Shown in pieces: positions 45,489-54,421 of a DNA stretch of 62,207 nt. The stretch is from positions 1 to 62,207 of the forward strand of contig CALXLO010000004.1 of NCBI GenBank assembly GCA_944389235.1, written 5' to 3'. The position numbers and the translations under genes are program-made. The notes beneath the pieces were generated by a model. That model saw only the letters and a list, made by a program, of their open reading frames with translations, was not told where the DNA came from and made no database searches. The first letter of the stretch is position 1. Every line of letters begins with the position of its first letter. The stretch is from an uncultured Alphaproteobacteria bacterium (GTDB taxonomy: Bacteria > Pseudomonadota > Alphaproteobacteria > Rs-D84).

Positions 45489-45659
45489 TGATAAAAGTGT
45501 CGTCGCAAATAATTACTGTTTCGGCGACGCTTTTTTATATGTAAAAAATGCGCTATGTGCATGATTTGCTGGGATTCCTAGGGATTCAAACCTGGCGAAT
45601 TTTGCATAAAAATATTATACAATTATATTCGTAGCATAAAGAAAAAAAAGGAGAACTTT

Positions 45660-46199
45660 ATGAAAAACTTGGTTAAAAAAATGTTGATGCTGTCGTCTGT
45701 ATTAGGCGTTGCAGTATTATTAGCAGGATGTGCCGGATGCGGTCATAATAAACCAAAACCACAGCCACAACCAAAAGTGCAAGAAACAGAAACTGTTGTG
45801 TTCTATCAGACATACGAAGAATCTGATATCAGCCGTGTGCATGCAAAAATGTACACGCACAGCAGCCGTGGCGGCGAATCTAGAATGGGATATATCAAAT
45901 TCTTTGAAACAGATGCTGGTTTGAAAATGGAAGTTGACTTAAAGGACTTGCGCCCAGGAAAAATCTATAATATCCGCATACACCAGTGCAGCAGTTGCAA
46001 TAACAACAGCATGTGCTGTGATAAAACCCCGATGCAGATTAATCTGCCGACATTAAGCATTTCAAAAGCAGGTCGGCTGGAAGAATCTTTCATCATCCGT
46101 GGGTTGACAGCAGAACAGCTGAATAACGCCAAGATTTATTTAGAACGCGACGGCGGATACAAGGCTGCATGGGGTACATTGGAAAAGAATGTGCTGTAA
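45660..46199 (+). CDS. lipoprotein with a Cu/Zn superoxide dismutase (SodC) like fold lacking most metal ligands
   Basis: Lipobox LLAGC. MGYIKFFETDAGLKMEVDLKDLRPGKIYNIRIHQCSSC aligns with SodC IGSVTITETDKGLEFSPDLKALPPGEHGFHIHAKGSC. The Zn-loop region is absent. Confidence 0.6.
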   Translation: MKNLVKKMLMLSSVLGVAVLLAGCAGCGHNKPKPQPQPKVQETETVVFYQTYEESDISRVHAKMYTHSSRGGESRMGYIKFFETDAGLKMEVDLKDLRPGKIYNIRIHQCSSCNNNSMCCDKTPMQINLPTLSISKAGRLEESFIIRGLTAEQLNNAKIYLERDGGYKAAWGTLEKNVL

Positions 46200-46218
46200 A
46201 ATTTGTCCGGCATTATAA

Positions 46219-46248
46219 AATGTCCCGTTTTTATCGGGACATTTTTTT
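46219..46248 (+). terminator. Rho-independent terminator
   Basis: Hairpin aatgtcccg-tttttat-cgggacatt followed by ttttt. Confidence 0.75.
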
Positions 46249-46294
46249 ATGTTTTTAGTTTAAGAAAAAAATCTTATGTGCTAATCTTACGAAT

Positions 46295-47854
46295 GTGGAG
46301 AGAAAGAATTATATCTTTGCCATTTTATTTTGCGCATTTGTTCAACCCGTATGCGCACAGGTATTTTCTGGCAATATTTTTGGCACAGATTTATTATTAG
46401 ATGAATATTCTTATGTCCAAGATTCTGCCAGTATATATGCCGAAAAATTAATCGCATGTGATGGATGCTTTTTGCAAAATGATGGCATTATTTATAGCGA
46501 TATTAATGTTGGTGCAAACGCTGTGTTTTATGTTGAAAACCGCGGTGAAATATCTGGTGATATAATTGTTGATACTGGGGCTAAGGTCGTACAAATAATT
46601 AAATCTGATGCGGATATTACATCAATTGGGTTAAACGATTCTTATGATGTCTTGGTTCAAGATGCGAATAAGATTTCTTGGAATAAATTATTGGGAATTT
46701 CTGGCGGGGCCGGCACAATTCGGTTGAATAATTCAGATATTATATTTGATGCTTTTGATATGCGCGCCAGTTATCGTAAAACATCGTCTGTGCCGAATAT
46801 AGTAATGAATGGCGATGTTTCTATATATTTGGAATCTGGGGTTGTTGATAGCGTGCCAATAATGTCAAATATACATGTTAACGGTGAATTAAATCTGTAT
46901 GCAGATAACCTGGATAGCATGTATGCGTTGCGTCCGCGTATAGAAAACGAATCGCTGTATGTATCTGTGGTGCGTGAAACTGATTATGGAAAAGTTTTGA
47001 AAAATAAAATAGGCGAATTTTTGAACGGTTTGCGCAGTGATGTGCCAAATGATGGTTTGTTGACCGCGCTTGATGCAGCAAAAACTATGCCGGAATTAAA
47101 TGCGATAATGGCGCGTTCTGTTCGAATAAATCCAATAAAGTTAATGGACAGTGTTCGCACATATAATTTGTTTGAAATTGCAAATATAACATCAAACCAA
47201 TATATGCTGGGTGCGGCACCTGTTATGGTTTATTCTGATAATATGGAGATATATGGAATAGATATAAATTCAAGGTATGATATAAATAAAGACATCAGTG
47301 CGGCAATTTCATTATATGGTGCAAAAATTAATTATAGTGATGATATTAATAATTATAATTCTGTTGTATACGGCGGAAATGTGCATATACAGTATGTTGA
47401 TGATTTATTGTTTGCGCGCGCCGCGGTGGGTGCAACATTTGCAAATTTTGATATATCATCTGTATTTAACGGTAATAATGCGGTAAATAATCCATCTGGT
47501 TTTTCTTTGTATGCTGTGGCAGATATTGGAACGCGGATAAATATTACAGACGATATGTTTATTGCACCATTTGCCAGATTTGGCGCAGATTATGCGTCTG
47601 TATTAAAATGGGATGATGCCGATTTAATTGCATCTGGTGGTGCAGAATTTTTATTTAATGTTGATGATTGTGATTTGCAATATGACTATGGTGTTCGTGC
47701 ATCTATTGATGCCAGTGGCATGGTTGATGCGGGTGTATGTGTTAATATTTGGTCAGATGCCGACATGGCTGGCGCAACATTAAATGCGGGGATAATTTAT
47801 AATGATTTCGGACTAAGTTATTTATTAAAAGTTGGTGCAGGTTTTTCGTTTTAA
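46295..47854 (+). CDS. autotransporter-like outer-membrane protein (short passenger plus C-terminal beta-barrel)
   Basis: GTG start. Signal peptide ending PVCAQ. The C-terminal ~270 aa are beta-strand rich and end ...LKVGAGFSF. Confidence 0.55.
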   Translation: MERKNYIFAILFCAFVQPVCAQVFSGNIFGTDLLLDEYSYVQDSASIYAEKLIACDGCFLQNDGIIYSDINVGANAVFYVENRGEISGDIIVDTGAKVVQIIKSDADITSIGLNDSYDVLVQDANKISWNKLLGISGGAGTIRLNNSDIIFDAFDMRASYRKTSSVPNIVMNGDVSIYLESGVVDSVPIMSNIHVNGELNLYADNLDSMYALRPRIENESLYVSVVRETDYGKVLKNKIGEFLNGLRSDVPNDGLLTALDAAKTMPELNAIMARSVRINPIKLMDSVRTYNLFEIANITSNQYMLGAAPVMVYSDNMEIYGIDINSRYDINKDISAAISLYGAKINYSDDINNYNSVVYGGNVHIQYVDDLLFARAAVGATFANFDISSVFNGNNAVNNPSGFSLYAVADIGTRINITDDMFIAPFARFGADYASVLKWDDADLIASGGAEFLFNVDDCDLQYDYGVRASIDASGMVDAGVCVNIWSDADMAGATLNAGIIYNDFGLSYLLKVGAGFSF

Positions 47855-47868
47855 TATCACTGTATAAT

Positions 47869-49170
47869 TTAGTTTTGAATATCGCCGCGTAAAGACGCTT
47901 TATTTGCATCTGTGATTTTTATATGTGCGATTTGCGGTGCAATTTGCGGTGCGATTTTTACAACGCATGGTTGCATGTATGGGGTGCGATATATTGCATA
48001 TTTACCGGTTTTATCGGGACCTTCGTACAGGCAGGATAATGTTTTATTAACACACGATTCGTTAAATTCGCGTTGAATTTCGTTTAACAAAGCATCTAAT
48101 TTATATAACCGTTCGGATTTAATTTTTTCTGGAATTTGATTCGGCATCAGTGCCGCTGCAGTGTGGGGGCGGGGCGAATATTTGAATGAAAATGAATTTA
48201 TATATTTAACGCGACGAACAATATCCAATGTTTGTTCAAAGTCATCATCTGTTTCACCAGGAAAGCCAACAATAAAATCGCTGGATATTTGAATATCTGG
48301 GCGCGCAGATTTTAATTTGTCAACTATATCTATATATAGATTTAACGAATAAGGCCGGTTCATCTTTGTCAATACATTGAGCGAGCCGCTTTGTATAGGC
48401 AAATTCAAAAAAGGCAGTAATTTCTGTTCTGTGCGGAACATTTCTATCAAGTCGTCTGTCATTTCTGTTGGATAGCTGGATGTGAACCGAATGCGTTTTA
48501 TGGCATCTTGTTGTGCTGCGGCGCGAATTAAATCTGACAGGCGATATGACAAGCCGTCCGGTGCGGTATATTTATATCCGTTTACATTTTGTCCCAGAAA
48601 GCATATTTCGCGTGCACCAGTATTGGCAGCGTGTACAACATCGTGTATAACAGAATCAATTGGACGCGATATTTCACGACCGCGTGTATACGGCACTATG
48701 CAGTATGTACAGCAATGATTACAGCCTTCTTGGATTGGGATATATGCAATCAGTGGCGATGTTTCCATTTGCGGCATGGCATCAAATTTTTCCAGTCCGC
48801 CCAGGTCGATATTAAATAAACGAGTGTCAGGATTATCCAAAATTTCTGGTAATTTATGATAACTTTGTGGACCCAAAACAAAATTTAATTCTGGCACACG
48901 ACGAAATGCATCTGCGCCCGATTCGCGTGCGACGCAACCGACAATACCCATAATGGCATCTGGCTTTTTTTCTGTGCGCATACGCCCCAGGGCGCTGAAT
49001 ACTTTGTCCGTTGCTTTGGCGCGAACGGCGCATGTGTTTAATATAATAATGTCAGCATCAGTATAATCATCTGTCTGAATATATCCGCGACCGCGCAACA
49101 TAGACGCAATGCGTTGCCCGTCATAGACATTCATTTGACAACCGAATGTATGAATGAAAAATTTTTTCAT
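47869..49170 (-). CDS. miaB: tRNA-i6A37 methylthiotransferase MiaB
   Basis: MKKFFIHTFGCQMNVYD. Radical-SAM motif CNHCCTYCIVP. C-terminal TRAM domain. Start at ATG 49170. Confidence 0.9.
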   Translation of the reverse strand: MKKFFIHTFGCQMNVYDGQRIASMLRGRGYIQTDDYTDADIIILNTCAVRAKATDKVFSALGRMRTEKKPDAIMGIVGCVARESGADAFRRVPELNFVLGPQSYHKLPEILDNPDTRLFNIDLGGLEKFDAMPQMETSPLIAYIPIQEGCNHCCTYCIVPYTRGREISRPIDSVIHDVVHAANTGAREICFLGQNVNGYKYTAPDGLSYRLSDLIRAAAQQDAIKRIRFTSSYPTEMTDDLIEMFRTEQKLLPFLNLPIQSGSLNVLTKMNRPYSLNLYIDIVDKLKSARPDIQISSDFIVGFPGETDDDFEQTLDIVRRVKYINSFSFKYSPRPHTAAALMPNQIPEKIKSERLYKLDALLNEIQREFNESCVNKTLSCLYEGPDKTGKYAIYRTPYMQPCVVKIAPQIAPQIAHIKITDANKASLRGDIQN

Positions 49171-49177
49171 AATGTCT

Positions 49178-49363
49178 TTATTTTTGCTTTTGTTTTTCTG
49201 CGCGCATGCGCTTGGCTTTAATTGCATATAATGTTTGCATACGCGTGTCCAGTTCGTGTTGTGATAGTATTTTGCATGGCACTTCAACAGGGCCATATTC
49301 AACGCCTGTAATTGGGTCGTCTTTGACGATTGTTATAATGGAAAAAGTTTGTTCGTCTGACAT
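49178..49363 (-). CDS. small hypothetical protein (61 aa)
   Basis: ORF between gatB and miaB with SD AGGGGA 7 nt upstream. Basic C-terminal tail. I recognise no family. Confidence 0.4.
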   Translation of the reverse strand: MSDEQTFSIITIVKDDPITGVEYGPVEVPCKILSQHELDTRMQTLYAIKAKRMRAEKQKQK

Positions 49364-49382
49364 TTTTTATCCCCTATTATTT

Positions 49383-50906
49383 TTATGATAATTTTTTGCG
49401 CAGTATTTCATTTACAACGGCTGGATTTGCTTTGCCACCGGTTGATTTCATAACTGCACCAACAAAGAACCCAAGCAGTCCCGTTTTGCCGGATTTATAT
49501 TGTTCAACCTGGGGTGCGTTTTTGGTGATTACATCATCAATAACCGATTCGATTGCGGCAGTGTCGGTAATTTGCTGCATACCGAATTTTTCAGCAATCG
49601 CGCGTGGGGTGCCTGTTTCGCCATCCAGCATTTTTATAAATATTTCTTTGGCCTGTTTACCGTTGATTGCGTTTTCGGCAATCATATCGACCAATTCAGC
49701 CAAATCAGATGGTGTGATAATCCGCGCTGTGCCGCACTCAGATGTATCCAGCGCGTTTTTTGCATCCCAATTTTCAGGGTGTGCGAACAATTCAGAAATC
49801 ATCCAATTCGCGATGGACTTCGCGCGTTTTGGGTTGTTTCCAACCGCTGCATCAAACCATTTTGATATATCTGTTGTTTCGGTCAGACGCGCGGCATCAT
49901 ATTCAGACAGCCCGAAATCATGCACATAGCGCGCGCGGGTCGCCGCCGGCAGTTCTGGCATGGTACTGCGAATACGTTCAATTGTTTCTTCGCTGATTTC
50001 CAGTGGCAATAAATCTGGATCTGGGAAATAGCGATAATCCAGTGCGTCTTCTTTTTTACGAGCCACAGAAGTTGTTCCGTCTTCTTGATTATAGTGCATC
50101 GTGTCTTGGGACACAGTGCCACCATTTTCATATATTTCGATTTGACGGCGGGCTTCGTATTCGATAGCTGTACGTATAAACTTAAAGGAAACCATATTCT
50201 TTGTTTCCGTTTTTGTACGAAATTCTTTGCTGCCAACTGGGCGTACTGATACATTAACGTCAGAACGCATGGATCCTTCCTCCATATTTGCCTTGGACAC
50301 ACCCAGGGCGCGCGCTATTTCACGAATTTCACGCAGGTAGCGTTCCATTTCATCTGGAGACGATATATAAGATCTGTTATCTGGGTTCTTTGTATCCAGG
50401 TAAGTTATAATTTCTAATAATGCAACCCCTGTACGATTAAAATCTACGAATGATTTTGTTGGATGGATATCGTGTTTTAATTTTGCTGCGTCTTGTTCCA
50501 GGTGTGCGCGTTCGATTAAAATCTTTTTTGGATTGCCATCATCGCCCATAATTTCAACCCAGCCGCGGCCAACAATTGGTGGTTCTTCGACCGGTTGGGA
50601 AATCTGATATCCCTGGGGCAGGTCAGGGTAAAAATATTGTTTGCGGGCAAATTTACTGCGGCGTGATATTTCCGCATTCAGACCCAGTCCCATTTTTATC
50701 GCCTGCTCAACACAGTATTCATTTAATACCGGCAACATGCCCGGCATGGCGACATCAACCATTGAAACCTGGGTATTGGGGGAAATTGACGGGTTATAGT
50801 CCGCGGATGCGCCACTGAACAGTTTGCTGTGGGACAGAACCTCGATATGAGTTTCAAGTCCGATAACCAATTCCCAATCTGTTGTTTTACCCTTTATCGT
50901 AAACAT
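49383..50906 (-). CDS. gatB: Asp/Glu-tRNA amidotransferase subunit B
   Basis: WELVIGLETHIEL-type N-terminus (DWELVIGLETHIEV) and a C-terminal YqeY-like tail. Start at MFTIKGK. The longer track ORF runs antisense through tRNA-Phe. Confidence 0.95.
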   Translation of the reverse strand: MFTIKGKTTDWELVIGLETHIEVLSHSKLFSGASADYNPSISPNTQVSMVDVAMPGMLPVLNEYCVEQAIKMGLGLNAEISRRSKFARKQYFYPDLPQGYQISQPVEEPPIVGRGWVEIMGDDGNPKKILIERAHLEQDAAKLKHDIHPTKSFVDFNRTGVALLEIITYLDTKNPDNRSYISSPDEMERYLREIREIARALGVSKANMEEGSMRSDVNVSVRPVGSKEFRTKTETKNMVSFKFIRTAIEYEARRQIEIYENGGTVSQDTMHYNQEDGTTSVARKKEDALDYRYFPDPDLLPLEISEETIERIRSTMPELPAATRARYVHDFGLSEYDAARLTETTDISKWFDAAVGNNPKRAKSIANWMISELFAHPENWDAKNALDTSECGTARIITPSDLAELVDMIAENAINGKQAKEIFIKMLDGETGTPRAIAEKFGMQQITDTAAIESVIDDVITKNAPQVEQYKSGKTGLLGFFVGAVMKSTGGKANPAVVNEILRKKLS

Positions 50907-50957
50907 TTTTATTTTTCCTTGCTTTTTATGTTTTGGTATCTTATTATTGCTTTCGCT

Positions 50958-51033
50958 GGCCAGATAGCTCAGTTGGTAGAGCAAGGGACTGAAAATCCCT
51001 GTGTCAGTGGTTCGATTCCACTTCTGGCCACCA
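50958..51033 (+). tRNA. tRNA-Phe (anticodon GAA), CCA encoded
   Basis: GGCCAGATAGCTCAGTTGGTAGAGCAAGGGACTGAAAATCCCTGTGTCAGTGGTTCGATTCCACTTCTGGCCACCA folds into a 76-nt cloverleaf. Confidence 0.95.
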
Positions 51034-51037
51034 TTTT

Positions 51038-52504
51038 TTATTTCCCCATTATTTTTGTTGGACGATTATCAATGCCGGCAAATTGTTCTATGTGCTTTGC
51101 CAATTGCATTACACGCATATCGTCAAATTTGCGGCCAACCGTTTGCATGCCCAGTGGCAATCCGTTTTCTGCCAAACCAGCCGGTACACTGCATGCCGGG
51201 ATTCCGGCCAAGTTCATTGCCACCGTGAATAAATCCAACGCATAGTATTCCAATGGTGTTAAGTCTGAATCCAGCGGTAATGCCGTACCGGCACCAGACG
51301 GGCATACAATTAAATCGCATTGTTCAAACGCGCGGTCAAATGCGTCGGCAATCAATCTGCGGACGCGTGCAGCCTGCATAAAATAAACCTCGTACGATTC
51401 GCTGGATAAAACCGCCGTGCCGATAATTAGACGACGTTGAACTTCGGTTCCGAATCCGGCGGCGCGCGTCTTGTTATATGTGTCGATTAAATCAGACCCT
51501 TCTACCCGCAGACCATAACGCATGCCGTCATAGCGCGCCAGATTTGATGAAGCCTCGGCCGGGGCAATGATATAATATGCCGCCAGTGCATCCAGAATAT
51601 TTGGAATAGATACAGGTACGATTTCTGCGCCCAATGATTTTAAGTCTGCGATACGCGCATCAAATATGCGTTTCATATCTGGTGAAATTTCAACATTTTC
51701 AAATTCTTGTATTACACCAATACGCAATTTTTTACCGTCGCCTAAAATTGGTTCCAGCGGTGTATGTGCATGAAATCCGGCATTCGCGCTGGTTGAGTCT
51801 TTATCATCATGACCAGCCATTACGCTTAATAATAACGCCGCATCATCAACAGTGCGCGCAATTGGACCCGGGGTATCCAGACTGGATGCAAATGCAACGC
51901 AACCCCAACGACTGCACAGACCATATGTTGGTTTCATGCCAACCAATCCTGTGATAGATGCAGGAAATCGAATCGAACCGCCGGTGTCTGTACCTGTACC
52001 GCCCATTGCCAATCCAGATGCCACCGCACTGGTTGTGCCACCAGATGAACCGCCAGCCGTTAATTTGCGTTCCAATTGCCATGGATTGACCGGCGCACCA
52101 AAATAACTGGTCTTGCTGAAAGTACCCATCGCAAATTCATCAAGATTGGTTTTGCCAAGTAATACTGTACCAGAATCAATAAATTTTTGCGAAACAGTCG
52201 ATTCGTATTGCGGCACAAAATTTTCCAGCATGTGTGATGCCGCCGTTGTGCGAATGCCGCATGTTGCAAACAAGTCTTTCATACCAATTGGAATGCCATC
52301 CAACGGTAATGGATTGCCCGCCGCATAGCGCGCATCAGCCGCCGCCGCGTCCGCCAAGGCACGTTCTGGGGTTATGGTTATATAACAATTCAAATCCGCA
52401 TTATATTTTTCAATGCGTTCCAAATGTGCACGCGTCAGTTCGGTTGCACTGATGTCGCCAGATTTTAATTTTTCTAGTGCGTTGGTTATTGTTAAATCAA
52501 TCAT
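51038..52504 (-). CDS. gatA: Glu-tRNA(Gln) amidotransferase subunit A
   Basis: Amidase signature GGSSGGTTSAVASG and the catalytic region GTDTGGSIRFPAS. Confidence 0.95.
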   Translation of the reverse strand: MIDLTITNALEKLKSGDISATELTRAHLERIEKYNADLNCYITITPERALADAAAADARYAAGNPLPLDGIPIGMKDLFATCGIRTTAASHMLENFVPQYESTVSQKFIDSGTVLLGKTNLDEFAMGTFSKTSYFGAPVNPWQLERKLTAGGSSGGTTSAVASGLAMGGTGTDTGGSIRFPASITGLVGMKPTYGLCSRWGCVAFASSLDTPGPIARTVDDAALLLSVMAGHDDKDSTSANAGFHAHTPLEPILGDGKKLRIGVIQEFENVEISPDMKRIFDARIADLKSLGAEIVPVSIPNILDALAAYYIIAPAEASSNLARYDGMRYGLRVEGSDLIDTYNKTRAAGFGTEVQRRLIIGTAVLSSESYEVYFMQAARVRRLIADAFDRAFEQCDLIVCPSGAGTALPLDSDLTPLEYYALDLFTVAMNLAGIPACSVPAGLAENGLPLGMQTVGRKFDDMRVMQLAKHIEQFAGIDNRPTKIMGK

Positions 52505-52518
52505 TTCTTTTCACTTTT

Positions 52519-53157
52519 TTAATGTGTTTTCATTTGTTGTAATCTGTGTTCTTGGATGGCGCGTTTTATTATTCCTGGGCGGAACATAGATAATACCCGT
52601 TCATATTCGTTTAATAATTCTTGGCCCCCAGGTATCTGAAAATCATATTCCGACATAAAGCTAATGGCATTAAGGGTCATACAATATAAATTATAATCCA
52701 ACAACAATACATTATATTCTTTTTCCAGAATATCATGCAGGTCAGCAGATTGCCTGGGTATATCGTAATCATAATATGATTTATACATTTGTTGTCGTAT
52801 AAATTTACCATTTTCACCAAGATTTGATGTTTTGCTTAAAACAGTGCCTTCGTGTAATGGTTTGTTAGGACGGGCAATGTTATAGTCAATCAGCATAATT
52901 GCCGCCTTGCGTGCAGAGTTATAGTTCATACGGCGCATAAACTTCAAATGCAATTGACTAATTTCAAATTCGTATTCCCAATTACTATTTGCCACCGGGT
53001 CAGAATTTGTGTGTTTTGAATGAACAAAATTCTGTACACATTTACCATATTTTTGATTTACAGCGGCGACAGATGCATCGTACTGCGTGCGCAATGCAGT
53101 CATATTTTTGTTTATTTCATTTATTTTTTGCATAGCTTTTTGACTAAGTTTTTGCAT
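52519..53157 (-). CDS. hypothetical protein (212 aa) inserted in the gatCAB operon
   Basis: Good SD (AGAGG). No TM segment or signal peptide. I recognise no motif. Confidence 0.55.
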   Translation of the reverse strand: MQKLSQKAMQKINEINKNMTALRTQYDASVAAVNQKYGKCVQNFVHSKHTNSDPVANSNWEYEFEISQLHLKFMRRMNYNSARKAAIMLIDYNIARPNKPLHEGTVLSKTSNLGENGKFIRQQMYKSYYDYDIPRQSADLHDILEKEYNVLLLDYNLYCMTLNAISFMSEYDFQIPGGQELLNEYERVLSMFRPGIIKRAIQEHRLQQMKTH

Positions 53158-53175
53158 GGAAAAACCTCTGTGTAT

Positions 53176-53571
53176 TTATTTTGTTTTTTCTTTATATTTA
53201 TCTGCAAAAAATCTTAGACCGATATTTTTTATAACAAATTCATCGCGACATTTGCCAGTTCTGATGTTTTCCAAGCAACTGTAACGGTCGCATTTGCTGT
53301 CCGCGCCAAGATTATAGTGCACTTGCATAAACGCATTTGCTTTTTTGTCTTGGTATAGGCAATTTTTTGTTATTTCCATAGAATTATCAAATGACTGATG
53401 AACAACTGCGCGTAAATTGGTCAGACAGCAGTCGTCGGGTATATTTGCGTATGTATTAAAAGATTTAATGTATTTTACGGCGTTATCGTATGGTGTTGCA
53501 CCACATGTTACTGCCTTGGCATTACCGGTGTATAAGTCGTGAACAAGTAAAATAGTTGTTTTTTGTGTCAT
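53176..53571 (-). CDS. hypothetical Cys-rich protein (131 aa, 7 Cys) inserted in the gatCAB operon
   Basis: ATG 53571 with SD AAGGGA. An alternative ATG at 53595 overlaps the gatC 3' end (ATGGATGAATAA). Confidence 0.5.
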   Translation of the reverse strand: MTQKTTILLVHDLYTGNAKAVTCGATPYDNAVKYIKSFNTYANIPDDCCLTNLRAVVHQSFDNSMEITKNCLYQDKKANAFMQVHYNLGADSKCDRYSCLENIRTGKCRDEFVIKNIGLRFFADKYKEKTK

Positions 53572-53587
53572 ATCATTATCCCTTTTT

Positions 53588-53881
53588 TTATTCATCCATA
53601 ACCTTGGGCACAGCAAAATATCCACGGGATACCCCAGCGTTATCAGGGTCATTTGCCAAAACTGCGTCGCGGATATTCCCATCCGTTACAACATCCGCGC
53701 GTTGTGGTAATTTATGTTCCGCAGGATTCAGCATAGGTTCAACGCCAGTTGTATCAATTTTTTGCAATTTATCCAGCCATTCTATTACAGAATCTATATT
53801 CATTTTGGCTAATTTTTCGTCTGATATATCAATATGTATCAAGTCCGCAAATTTTTGTAATTGTTGCTTGCTAAATGCCAT
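53588..53881 (-). CDS. gatC: Asp/Glu-tRNA amidotransferase subunit C
   Basis: 97 aa. Pattern ...LAKMNIDSVIEWLDKLQKIDTTGVEPM...LRADVV-like...FAVPKV. Confidence 0.9.
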   Translation of the reverse strand: MAFSKQQLQKFADLIHIDISDEKLAKMNIDSVIEWLDKLQKIDTTGVEPMLNPAEHKLPQRADVVTDGNIRDAVLANDPDNAGVSRGYFAVPKVMDE

Positions 53882-53933
53882 GTCGTATCCTATTCTGTTT
53901 ATATGTTATTAAAACAACAGGAAAAATTATACA

Positions 53934-54386
53934 ATGATTTTGTCTGATTTCAAGGCTTTTCCGCGCGCAGGACGCATAATGGGAATTGATTGGGGCGCAC
54001 ATCGTACTGGGGTGGCTGTATCAGACACATCGCGTGAATTTGTTTTTACGCGCCCTGTGATTTTGTCTGGGCGGGGTGGGGCATCAATTGCGCAACAAAT
54101 TGCTGATTTGGCACGCGCAGAAAAAGTTGTTGGAATTGTTTTTGGGTTGCCGCTGCATGCCGATGGAACAGAATCTGATGCATCAGAATCTGTACGCGCG
54201 TGTGCCGCAGAATTATGCACATACATTGATTTGCCAATTTGTTTTATTGATGAAACATTAACCAGCCGCATTGCACAAGATAATATGGGGCGGGTGCGTG
54301 TGTCAGATATAAAACAAAATTTAGATTCTGAATCCGCACGCGTTATCTTGGATAATGCAATCGCAATAATTCGTCGGTTAAAATAG
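53934..54386 (+). CDS. ruvX: YqgF/RuvX-family putative pre-16S rRNA nuclease / Holliday junction resolvase
   Basis: IMGIDWGAHRTGVAVSD...VVGIVFGLPLHADGTES...DETLTS. Confidence 0.9.
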   Translation: MILSDFKAFPRAGRIMGIDWGAHRTGVAVSDTSREFVFTRPVILSGRGGASIAQQIADLARAEKVVGIVFGLPLHADGTESDASESVRACAAELCTYIDLPICFIDETLTSRIAQDNMGRVRVSDIKQNLDSESARVILDNAIAIIRRLK

Positions 54387-54421
54387 CAAAAATGCCAGAA
54401 TCTGTGTATATAGCACAGTTG

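Noticed and set aside
45566-45600. A tRNA T-arm-like fragment (gggattcaaacctgg) that might mark an integration (att) site.
   Set aside because: No T-stem complementarity or cloverleaf can be built. It does not match the 3' ends of tRNA-Lys or tRNA-Phe in the window. There is no integrase nearby.
49171-49302. N-terminal extensions of track ORFs: miaB to 49302, trmB to 25399, lptF/G to 2754, xerD to 1591, sufE to 36264.
   Set aside because: The extensions lack homology-type sequence and SD support. In each case an internal ATG matches the conserved protein N-terminus.
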